Below, piece after piece: positions 48,430 through 58,957 of a stretch of DNA of 64,000 nucleotides (within the stretch, counting starts at the first letter, position 1; each line of letters begins with the position of its first letter). Location: assembly GCA_009103225.1 (NCBI GenBank), contig RHPI01003366.1, positions 1 to 64,000 of the forward strand, read 5' to 3'. The position numbers were made by a program, and so were the translations under genes. Under the pieces are notes generated by a model that searched no databases, was not told the DNA's origin, and saw only the letters and a program-made list of their open reading frames with translations. The stretch comes from Chlorokybus atmophyticus. Its lineage: Eukaryota; Plantae; Mesostigma and Chlorokybus algae.

Positions 48430-49720
48430 ACACTGCCTAAGAAACCACAGCTGCACTGGCATCATCACTGCCCTCCTAGCTGGTGTCACACTCTGCCTGC
48501 GATGGAGTCTCTTTGTCGTATGCACCAAACCACTGAGCCCCATACTCGGACTGGTCAGAGTCAGTGTCGTTGTCCATGTCTCTGAACATCTGGGTGAGGT
48601 CGTCGTGAGCAAGCATCCATTCCACAGGCTTGAGTACATGTGACCCAGGCACACAATACCATGATCAACATCACCCATTTGGAAGCGTCTACCTGTATCA
48701 TACCCTACCTGTCAAGCACCCTGATCCATATGCCTGGCAGACTGAATCACCACTGTAGCCGCAGCTTGCACATCGCATGCGACTCGCAACCCAGGCCACG
48801 CGCACGAGACAGATCACAACCCAGCTGGTCGGCATTCCAGTGCATATGCATACATCGATAAGGGGCAGAATACAACTGAGTCTCGTGACACAACACACAC
48901 CCAATCAATATATACACTCACCACATTAATTACAGTTGCAACACACATACGTGCGCACATACCAGGGTCTGCAGGCACGACAAGATCCCAACCTCCACCG
49001 ACAACTGCAAGGGGCGGGTGGGGCAAGCCAGGATTATCTGATTGGGCATCGTCGCCACCCTGCAGTGGATGCATGCTCCACTGACCGATCTCAAACGGGC
49101 TCCAATCAGTGTCATGCCACTGCTCAAGCCAATGCCGTCGCCTTCCAGGTTCCACATCACAATCAGTGGCGATCACCCAACGTGCCAGCACCATCCCACC
49201 CACCACATGCTCCAACACCAGCAGATCACTACTCAAATGCATTGGCCTGCCGCCTGCTCATCGAACCCTATGCAAGCTGTACCTAAACCCAAACCCACCC
49301 AAAAGCTCCACGTGCAGCTCCTTGACACCATCGCCAGACTGCACCCCTGACCCAGCAACCTGCAACGGCCAGCCTAGCGAAACCTACACAAGACCGGGGG
49401 ACAATATCACATGCCACGCATCCGCCTATACAGAGACCAAAGCAGCACGAAGCTGCACAACGACAAATCATGCACATTACTTAACGCTGACTCACCTGCT
49501 CGTATGCAGACTGGTAGAATGTGCTACTCCGATGTATGTGAGGGAGTGCCCTGCTGTCAGCAATAGTAACTGCCAAGGGGTTGTCGCCGCCCCCGCCGTC
49601 GACATCCATCACACCCACCCACCCAACACAATCGCCGCCCATCAGCACCCCGCCGCCCACCAGCACCACCCGCCAAGCAATGCCCCCATTCACGACCGAT
49701 ATATCAACACCAAACAAAAG
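48430..49720 (-). pseudogene. Third, unknown gene in the Academ element (degenerate)
   Basis: Exon-like frames NPLAVTIADSRALPHIHRSSTFYQSAYEQ|gt; LRAALVSV*ADAWHVILSPGLV*VSLGWPL...WLEQWHDTDWSPFEIGQW; LKPVEWMLAHDDLTQMFRDMDND. No family recognised. Confidence 0.4.
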
Positions 49721-52700
49721 TCAGCACGCTGATATCCACCGGACGGCGGCAACATTCACATCCGACCAACAGCGTCAACCGCCGTTTACTTAACAGAACC
49801 ACACGCACCTTCCACCATGCAACAGCGTTAAACATCGCATGACCATGCGTGGACAACAGCGTTGTGTCGACCACTCAACACGCTCAGCCGACGCTGATCG
49901 ATCAGCGCAGACACTAGACAATGCACCGTTGATCACCCGATCAACTACAACCAGGTCAGCGGTGTCAATAAACGTTGCAACACCGCCATCCCACGCGTTT
50001 CAGCAGACCAACACCAACAGCAGCCGCGCGCACAGCGCTGCCAGGCCTGGCCTAAGCTTTGCCCGGCGAGAGGCCTCTGGCTTTCTGACTGTTCCACGGA
50101 CCCCGCGGACCATACATGGTCCGTCCTCCGCGGGCCAGGATTGCCTGGTCCGCGAGGGACGGACCGTTCCTGGTCTGATCGGGGCCCCGAATCCTGGTGC
50201 GCAGTCGCGCACTAGACATGGTGCGCGGCCGGACCAGGTTTGAAACCGGTCTGAATTATCGCGAAAAATCGGACCATGCATGGTCCACAGCCGGACCAGG
50301 CATATTACCGGTCCGACTGTCAATGGGTGTACGGACCTTGCGTGGTCCGCACTCCGTTATTGAAGAGACCGTGCATGGCGCCTTTTGGTCCGTGGTGCGG
50401 CTAAGCAAACCCTGATGTACGAACCATGCATGGTGAGCTCCCCTCGTCCCTTGCTCCATCGTGACACGCTGCTACTCGTACTGATCACATGGATCAGTAC
50501 GAGTAGCCAACTGTACACGTCAGCAATGCACAGTGCTTGGACTCATCAGGGGAGACAATCAGCTGGCTGCTTGTGACTGCACCCACATGCTACCGCCGAC
50601 AGCGGAGGTGCTGGAGCAGCCTGCTGCCCTGAGGGAGGCGGCGCTGGAGGCGGCGGTGTTGCGTAAAGGTGTTCAGTTGTTCACTGCATGCCCCATTGTG
50701 GACGCTGTGCTGTTAAGTTTGAAGAGCTAATGTGTAACCTGTAACAGCAGCTACTACTTTGCAGCAACAGCGGCTCCTGCTGCTGCCGCTATCAGAGTGT
50801 GCTTGTTGTCGTTGATGTCGCTATTGTTGACCATGCTGTGATTGAAGCTGTTGCTGCAGCCTGTCATAGCATTAAAAACGGTTAGCAACAATTGCAGCTG
50901 CAATGTTGACAGTCGCACTGTTGACAGCCCTCGACTGTCACTTGGGAAGGTTAGCTACTCTAGTGAATGACTGTTGACAGCAAGAACTGCTGCTGGAGTG
51001 TCCGCTCCTTAAAACCTTCAGCCGGTAAGCTTGCTTGCTTGCTCTTATGCTTTGCTGCTGACTTGTTGCCAAGTCAACGGAGGTATGCAGCATACTCATG
51101 CTGTCCAGCCGTTGTTGAACTGCATGCATTCAGCTTAGTGTGCACTCGGCGAGCTAGCTTGCTTGCTTGCACAAAGTAGAGCTTATACACACCTCGTGCA
51201 AGCAGTCACACATGTGTTTGCTTGTCTATTGTTATGCTGTGCATTGCTTGCATACATTAAGCTGAACGGTATTGCAATGCTAATGCAATAGTCAAGTTTA
51301 AGTGCGCCAACTACTACTCCCATTGCATGAAAAAATCAGCGACTGAGTGTGCTTATAAGCTTTGTAAGCTAGAGGTAATCCATGCTCGCCTAATCATGCT
51401 CACCCCCTCTGCGTTTCATTCCGTAGGTGTATATGCTGGGCGCGCAGGGCAGGCTCACCCGGCTGCGCAGGCTGCTCACCCCCTTTACGTTTCATTCCGT
51501 AGGTGTATATGCAGGGCGCGCAAGGCAGGCTCACCCGGCTGCGCAGGCTGAGCAGCGGGGTGATAAATGCTGCTGGCGAGGCGTATGCACATACACTTCC
51601 GGCGTGAGGGCATATGTGCAAGGAGGACGACTCAGTAATGGCGATAAGCGTGAAGGTACTTGTACAAACACGTATGCACGCACACACACGCAGAGACACG
51701 CATGCACACATGCGCATGGGTGTGATTGCATGTGTCTGCGTGGCACTGCATGGCATGCAAGTACATGCACGCGCACACTCGCTGAAGCACAAGTAGTGTG
51801 GCATCTGCATGCGTATTCTCTATGTTTTGCTCCCCTCTCCCACCCTCGTTCCCCCTGTTATTGTACTTACCTTCCTCCCTGCCCCTCCAACACAGCCGTT
51901 CCCACGAAATCTGCAGCCTTCCACTGTTGGCTGCCGACAGTCGGAGACTGTTATTCATCTATCCCACAGCACTTCCCTCGACAGCCCTCCGCTGTTGTCG
52001 ACAGTCCTTCCAACAGCACTAACAACAACCGACAGTCTACGACTGTTGGTGGTTGACAGTCGTTCCAAGCATCCAGCGCCTTGAAGGTGCGCGCAAAGGT
52101 CTGTACTCTGGTTGGCGTTTGCGCATCATGCACGGCAAATGCGCAGGCCAAGGAGGCTTCATCGCACACTGTCGCAGGTGAGTACTGTGCTCCTACTCAT
52201 GCACACACAAGCCTACGCACAGTACCGCGCGTGCATACAAACAGTGACAGTCCCACTCCCTCGCGCACGCACGCACGCTTACTTGCATGTACATACGCGT
52301 GCAGGCCCTACAATATACTGCATCTATGCTTGCCACTTCTACGCTTTTGGGATAGCCGAGCTCTCGGAAAGCACACAAAGTGCACCGGTAGGGTGTATTG
52401 TCGCTCCCTCGCTCTACCGAACCTCGGCTACAACATCAACAGGTAATGCGTGTGTATGCATGCGTGGTGTACATGTGGTTTGCGTGCACGTTTGTAAGTG
52501 TGTTATTGCACAAGTGCCTAGTATGTATTGGTTTGCACAATGTGCACAACACGGTACCTCAAGTGAGGGTTATCACCAGCACTTTCAACAACAGCAATAG
52601 CTACCAACAACAACCATCACAACAACACGCGCTCAACCTTGACAGCCGAGGGCTGTGGGAAGGGCTGTCCTTTCGACAGTCCTTAGCTGTCAATGACAGC

Positions 52701-53822
52701 CCTCGGCTGTCAATGACAGTCGAGGCCTGTCAACAGGACTGTTGGTTGCGGACTGTCGAGGAATGTCAGGTGGCCAACCATCCAGCAGCCCAGTCGAATG
52801 GTTGCTAGGCACGCACACACATGTTTACGCACGCATCTGTGCAGGCTGTGCACATGCGTGTGCGTTAGCAATCAATTCAGTTGTTCAACAGCCATGTAGA
52901 CGGTCAAACACATGCCAAAAGCATGCACACACATACACATACTCACACATGCGCGTGTGCAGTGTAGCTGCAGACAGTTTTCAGCAGGTGCACTCGAGTG
53001 ATGTGTCATCGTGGCTTGCTCACCGGCCAGCTGTGGAGAAGCACGAGGCCACAAATCCAACTTGTGAGTCACCGCCAACAAGGTGCGGGCAACGCAAGGT
53101 CTGCATTGTCTCTCATGCATGAAATGTCGCGTGCCCACGCACATGAATGCATAGTAGCAAACCATTGCACAGCTCTGCACACACGAATACATACCATGCA
53201 ACATACGCCAACAGTTCCACATCATATGCACGCATGCGCGCGCACGCACGCACATGTGTACAGTCCTGCACAATGACAGTCACATTTGCGCAGACCTTTC
53301 AAGTGCTCTACAACGATGGCGCAAGCTCGGCATCCGAAGGACGGGGCTGTAGTGTAGTTAGCCTCGATAGGCATAGAGTGTTGCGTTGTTTGATGATTAT
53401 ATATGCAACGAAAATATGCATTTGCGTTTCTCTTCTTGCAAACATAGTTGGCTGGTGCGGACCAGACCTGGTCTACTTCGCATGCAGATTCACTCACATG
53501 CAAGAACCATCCTTAGTCCACGATTGCATGTAAATTTCGGGCCATGCATGGTCCATACATAATCACTCACATGCATGGACCTTGGTCCTCGTTTACATGT
53601 TCAGTTCAGACCACGCATGGTCTATACAACTTGGTGGAATCGCGCACCATACATGGTGCGACCCCAAAAAAACATGGGACCGTTCACGTGAACTTCAGAC
53701 CATGTATGGTCGGACTGTCAATGACAGTCCGACCATACATGGTCCACGGATTTCATTTGGCAGGGGAAAATCCCGGTTCGAGGGTACAGACCATTCATGG
53801 TCCTTTCACGTCAATCGGTGTG

Positions 53823-55465
53823 ACTCCGGTGTGCGTGCATTGGGAGCGATCGAGTCCACCGAGCGCGTGCGTTGGTGCATTGATTGACCAAAGATGATGA
53901 GAAGAAGTGCGAGGATTCGTTCGTACCTGCGTTGAAGCACATTGTTCACCAGCTGCACTAGAGCTGCACCAAGCGTGATAGCATTGATGAGTGTATCACA
54001 GCTGTGTCTAAAGGCAATGCTAAAGTGTTTGCTGTTAATGGTGGGAAGCTGTACCTCGCAGCCAACCACTATAACATGAAGGTAACATGTGACACACTGC
54101 CGCACTTGCTGTGTGTTGGAACTGTACGCACATGCACACAGAGCCTTCACGTGCGAGTGCGCACAGACACACACTTACAAATGCGCACACCTTGCAAGCA
54201 CGAGTGTGTCGGTGTAATGGACTTTGATGTTCGTCTCACATGAATTGTGTGAACAGGCGATTGCGGCTGAGGAATACGGTTCATTTAGCCCCGAGTACTA
54301 TGGCGTGGTTGTGGTGAATGCCGACTTCTGTTCCGACAACATTTCCATGCTCGACCTGAAGGGCAAGAATAATTGCCACACCGGTTACGGCCGCACCGCT
54401 GGCTGGCTTGTCCCTGTGGGCATCCTCGACACCATCGGCGTGCTCAACAGCAACGCCGCCGCAGATATTAAAGCCATCGATAGCTTCTTTGCCGAGTCAT
54501 GTGCGCCGGAAAGTGAGGCCAAGCGTCTGTGTAATTTCTGCCAAAGTAATTGCACTTTTGAGGATGCGTTCTATGACGATTATGGAGCATTCCAATGCCT
54601 CATGAACAGTGGCGGAGATGTCGCGTTTATTAAGCACACAATGGTTGAGGATTATGCCGCTGATGGCAACACGCCTGCTGAGTGGGCATTCAAGTCCAAG
54701 TCTAAGTTTAAGTCATTACACAAGCTATCATAGTAACAATGCATCATGCATGGATGTGCTCTGCTCGTGCTTATACAACATGCTTACCTGACACACAGGT
54801 ACCCGTGCCCCTCTGGAGACTGCGCCAATATTGGTGACTACAGAGACAGCAACTTGGCTGCGGTAAGCACTTGTAAATAGTGCACGCGCGTGTGTGTGCA
54901 ACTTGTTCAATCAAAGAAACTATTGCATGCAAAGTAGTGGAAGCTGGCCTGAACACGTGATGTTGCTAGGTGCCTGCGCATGCTGTGGCTGTTTCCCGTC
55001 TCCTTCCATCCTCCATGTCTTCCGTCGTCACCTCCGCCCTTCTGGCCGCCAATGACAACGACGAATTTCGCGCCGCCTTCTTTGAGGGCAACAATCCGGA
55101 CGGCCACGTCTTCACTGCCTCCACCATAAGGCTGGTGGCGGTCACCAACACAGAGGCCTTCCTTGGCTCAGCCTGTAAGTTTGTCATCTTGTTGGTCACA
55201 CACCAACAATAGTGTCTTTGCATGCACATGCTTGTGCATGCAAAGACAAGGACTGAGCTCATTCTTGCTTGCAGCGCGTGCGTTTGACGGCGTGTATGCT
55301 TTGGCCAACACCTCCCCTAAAGTGGCTGAGGATAAAGGTGAGGAGTGCAGTGGGCTTGGCGGCGGTGCCATCGCTGGCATTATTATTGGCTCGCTCGCTG
55401 GTATGTTGATCCTAGCAGCCTTTGTCTTTCTCTGCGAGAGGAGGGGCGCAGCCTACAAGAGCTAA
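53823..55465 (+). pseudogene. Transferrin-like gene segment 4 (lobe 4 and TM anchor)
   Basis: SGVRALGAIESTERVRWCI... then ORF 54224 (YYGVVVV...KGKNNCHTGYGRTAGW...GAFQCL..GDVAFIKH), ORF 54970 (PAHAVAV) and the TM exon ending in TAA at 55465. Confidence 0.85.
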
Positions 55466-56418
55466 AGTTGGTTCAAGATCGCGAGCGCATGCAAGATGGT
55501 GCGATGATGAGTGCTTTGGCTGCAGGGGGGAGTATTATGATGCTGCCACCGCTGTTTAGAAATGGTGTGCCTAGTTGATTTTTGTTGTAAAAGTCCGGCA
55601 ATTTTGTCCGGGGTAATTACGTAGCCTAGCTGCTCTCATCTGCGGGCCCTTAAGATGGTTTCGGTGAAGGGGCTGTAAATAAGCTTTACATACACTCCTA
55701 GCTTATTGAGACGTCACTTATATATGCGTGCAATTGTTGAGGGGTAGGGGTGGTTGCCGTGCGTCTTCATTCAGGTGGAGGCGCTGCTGCTGCTGCTGCT
55801 GCTGCTGCTGCCGCTTTTTGAGTTGGCAAGCATGCAGCTTAGAAGCCAAGCGCACTGCTACCTGCTTGTCGTTGGTGCTGACGCCAAGTTGCTACCTCCA
55901 AACATCGGCTTCAGCACCTCTGCCCTGCTCTTAATGTACCACTAGTATACTCGTAGTATTGGCGTAACACTATACGCTGTACACTATACGGTATATGGTG
56001 CTTGTATGAGGTAATTGAGATTGGTGTGTGTCATGTGTCACCCTCTGATGTATGTAAAGATATACTGCTTGTTGACTTGACTAGTAAAAGTGTTTACATC
56101 CGTATGTGCGCAGGCGTGGCACAGCTTGTTAGCTGAATGCGCATCCGAGTCTTGCACGAATGCGCACCCACGCACACCCACGCACACCCACCCCTGCAAG
56201 AAAGCCTCAAAGTGAACAAGTTTCTATACTGCAACACCCAACAGGAGCCTTCGTCAACTTATAAAAAGGACCTGACCCCATCAATTTATTGGTTGATGCG
56301 TGCTGAGCATAAACAAAGGCGTGAGCAGCCGCGATGGGCTTAAGCTGCCAGGCTTTGGCAGCGCAAGTAGAGGGTGTAGAGGGTCTCATTTTCTACTCTG
56401 TTTTATAGCAAAAGGATA

Positions 56419-56560
56419 CCGCTTGTACGAGCCCCCGTCAATTCCTTTGAGTTTCAGTCTTGCGACCGTACTCCCCAGGCGGAGTGGTTAACGCGTTAGC
56501 TTCGCCCCCGACTGAAGCCGAGAGCTGCCACTCATCGTTTACGGCATGGACTACCAGGGT
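56419..56560 (-). rRNA. Fragment of a mitochondrial-type SSU rRNA gene (probable NUMT), non-functional
   Basis: Reverse complement reads CCCTGGTAGTCCATGCCGTAAACGATGAGTG...GCTAACGCGTTAACCACTCCGCCTGGGGAGTACGGTCGCAAGACTGAAACTCAAAGGAATTGACGGGGGCTCGTACAAGCGG, universal 16S-type motifs with plant-mitochondrial-like variants. Confidence 0.85.
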
Positions 56561-57558
56561 CATTTTGAAATAAAGAAAATTTCCGACCTTTCAAGAAACC
56601 CTTTCAAGAAACGAAAATTCCCCACCTTTCAAAAATGGACTATATCATTCTCTGAGTTTTTGTTTAGATTCCAATATTAAATCAATCTCTTCCGAAAATT
56701 TAGGATTCAATAACTTCATCTCAGAGATCCAGCGTTGTTGAAGTTCAGCATGTACATTAAGATTGTTCTTCCATCTTCTGTTGGCGCATTTTGCCCAAAA
56801 CCGACTCAAATTTGTCTATATGAAAAAGCATTGCACTCCCGGCAGATAATAGATTTCGATTACCCCGCATCCATCCATCCTCTCACGCTGCTGCTGGTAG
56901 CTTCCTTAGATTACTCTCTATCACAGATCAGCTATTGATTACCCACCTACCTGCAGTGCAGCCCTTAAATCAATGCAACGCGCAGCGCAGCCTATTGATC
57001 GGCAAACTGCTGCAAACGATGTTTCTACTGCCAGAGTTAAATTGTGCCAAATAAGCAGAATAATTACCTAAAGTTACTCCTTTTTCTTAAATAAAATAGT
57101 TTACAGTTGCTGCAAACAGACCAACAGCCCATTAACCGGCAAAACCTCAATTTACGCTGAGTTGGGGTATTCATTTTGAACAAAGTCTCTTAGCGCTTGT
57201 AGACTGTATACGGCGATCGTATTTTTACGTATTACAGCGAACTACATTTATAAGGGTAATTGAAAGTATGAGACATATTTTGTGATCGTGCTGCAATTCT
57301 GTCTCGATATGCATGCTGATTGTGCACTCTTTTTGATTCGTCAACTACTCGGATACACAACGTTTGATAAATGTTTTGGAGGTGTGGTCTTGTGTGTTCC
57401 TGAAAGCTATGCACCATTGGAGATATAACGCTAATATTCATTATTGTTTGTGCTTGTAAAATATGCACTTAAAGCAATCAAATTGTAAGCTCCATCTGCG
57501 AGAGCTTCCTTCTATTATATAATATGCAAGATTGGTATTGAAGTTAAATTATTTTTTA

Positions 57559-57603
57559 GAGAGGATGGGTGTGTGCATGTTCCGTGCACACACCCATCCT
57601 CTC
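57559..57603. repeat. Perfect 19-bp inverted repeat with a 7-nt loop
   Basis: GAGAGGATGGGTGTGTGCA-TGTTCCG-TGCACACACCCATCCTCTC. Confidence 0.9.
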
Positions 57604-57743
57604 AATAACGTATTGTTTCATTTGCGTAATGTGGCCTTCGATGTCGTTAACAAAAATCCCAGTGACTGACACCAATGCCTTAATATTGCGTGTTTATAAT
57701 GAGATTTGCTAGTGCATGATCTTTAATGCATAAAATGCGATCA

Positions 57744-58135
57744 GATTGTAAGTCTCTTGAAAGAGACCTTCCCCCCAATATGCTATGCAACACATTAGAT
57801 TGTAAGTCCCTTAAAGAGACCTTCCATCCAATGCGCTATGCAACACATTAGATTGTAAGTCCCCTTAAAGAGACCTTCCATCCAATGCGCTATGCAACAC
57901 AACCAAATAGTGCGTGACTTTATTTGCATGTAATGAAAAAGAGTCATGATGTAATGCAGATGGTGGTGGCCGGCAAGCATGTCGATGCCACAGTAGCAAA
58001 GAGACCTTCCCTCCAATGTGCTATGCAACACAAATAAATAGTGCGTGATTTTATTTGCATGTAATGAAAAAGAGTCATGATGTAATAATGCAGATGGTGG
58101 TGGCCGGCAAGCATGTCGATGCCACAGTAGCAAAG
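57744..58135. repeat. Compound tandem repeat: ~52-bp unit x3 overlapping a ~130-bp unit x2
   Basis: GATTGTAAGTCCCTTAAAGAGACCTTCCATCCAATGCGCTATGCAACAC repeated, then two copies of ...AAATAGTGCGTGA...GATGCCACAGTAGCAAAG. Confidence 0.9.
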
Positions 58136-58217
58136 TCAACTCTAGCCCGAGGGGCGGCACTCAGTCGAAGCCCATGGCAACACACAAAAGGGTGCCGGTA
58201 AAGGTGCCTCAACTCGC

Positions 58218-58290
58218 TGCGGACTATGTGGATCGAACACATGACCTTTAGATCTTCAGTCTAACGCTCTCCCAACTGAGCTAAGTCCGC
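58218..58290 (-). tRNA. trnF-GAA: tRNA-Phe (GAA), cytosolic type, intact
   Basis: GCGGACTTAGCTCAGTTGGGAGAGCGTTAGACTGAAGATCTAAAGGTCATGTGTTCGATCCACATAGTCCGCA; acceptor, anticodon and T stems pair. Confidence 0.97.
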
Positions 58291-58957
58291 CGAACTGGCG
58301 GACAGCGACTGACACCCGGGACGGCAATCGGAGCAGATAGTAATACTATCAATGTTGTTAATACACAAACGAATGTCTCGTCTCAAACTAGAGTAATACT
58401 CCCTTCTTTTGGTGGGCCGGCAAAGCCGCGCACGTGCAGCGGCGGTCGCGATGCCCGAGCGCAGTGTTGCCAGCGCTTCAACACGGTGGCGGACCAAGCC
58501 CGCTTCGGCTCGGCCTTATCGTCCTGTGGGCAGCGTATGTCGACATCCCGCGCCGACATCGCACCCGGCGGCATCCTGGCGATATCGCGCAGCACATGGC
58601 ATCTGCAAGCGCTCCCCCGCACAAGCCCTTGTGCGGCATGCATGTCGTCACGGATCTCGTCGATATCGATACCATCCACCGCAGACCTATGCTTGGCCAC
58701 CTACGCCGTCGCCGCCGCCGCCGCCGCCGCCGTGTGGTCTAGAACGCTGGCAGCGGCGGTTGCCGGGTGGCTCTCTCTCTGTCACTTCTCTGCTAGGAGC
58801 GCAGCTCAGAACCGCCCGGTTGCCGTACTCTTGCATATAAGAGCAGAGGCTTAAAGTTTTGGGTTGGGGCGGCGGCGGCGGTGGGTCGGCCGCGGAGGTG
58901 GAGGAGGAGGAGGAGGGGGAGGAGGTGGTGCGTGTGTGACATTTGCTAGTCCATAGC

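Larger units (their letters stand above)
38996..50091 (+). mobile_element. Academ-type (AcademX-like) DNA transposon, 11,096 bp, with cargo genes
   Basis: Perfect 21-bp TIRs CAGTCAGAAAGCCAGAGGCCT (38996-39016 and 50071-50091). 4-bp TSD TTCC (38992-38995 and 50092-50095). Encodes a large protein with the transposase + XPG + Cys-rich architecture described for Academ. Confidence 0.85.
38957..53822. mobile_element. CMC-type TIR element with CACAC termini and TSD ACT; apparently non-autonomous (~3.8 kb once the nested Academ is removed)
   Basis: Left end CACACGGCTTAACGTTCGGGGACCAGGTATGGTC versus right end (reverse complement) CACACCGATTGACGTGAAAGGACCATGAATGGTC. ACT at 38954-38956 and 53823-53825. 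Excision restores the transferrin frame EAYS|GVRALG. No transposase seen in 50092-53822. Confidence 0.88.
3066..55465 (+). pseudogene. Multi-exon, four-lobed transferrin-like protein with signal peptide and C-terminal TM helix; disabled by stops, frameshifts and TE insertions
   Basis: Signal peptide MRLAVVLLVLLAAGLISA at ATG 3066, with GT-AG exons 3066-3224, 3337-3450 and 3555-3875. Transferrin motifs occur four times: SCHTGYGRTTGWNVP (~3680), ACHTSYRRIAG* (~5225), KKACSTGCGRSAG* (~12425) and NCHTGYGRTAGWLVP (~54370). Also YYAVAIV, GAFRCL..GDVAFLK and CNLALVPAHA. TM segment GLGGGAIAGIIIGSLAGMLILAAFVFLC lies near 55350-55435. In-frame stops at 4077, 5016, 5258, 7225, 12462 and 12823; frameshifts near 3640 and 4645. 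Confidence 0.88.

Noticed and set aside
50500-53400. Numerous 60-210 aa ORFs in the interior of the non-autonomous element
   Set aside because: They are Cys/His/Val-rich translations of (GT)n/(CA)n/GCAT low-complexity DNA with no recognisable domain.
58261-58900. GC-rich overlapping ORFs upstream of the ZIP gene
   Set aside because: No domain or splice support; more likely promoter and 5' UTR sequence (TATA-like CATATAAG near 58834).
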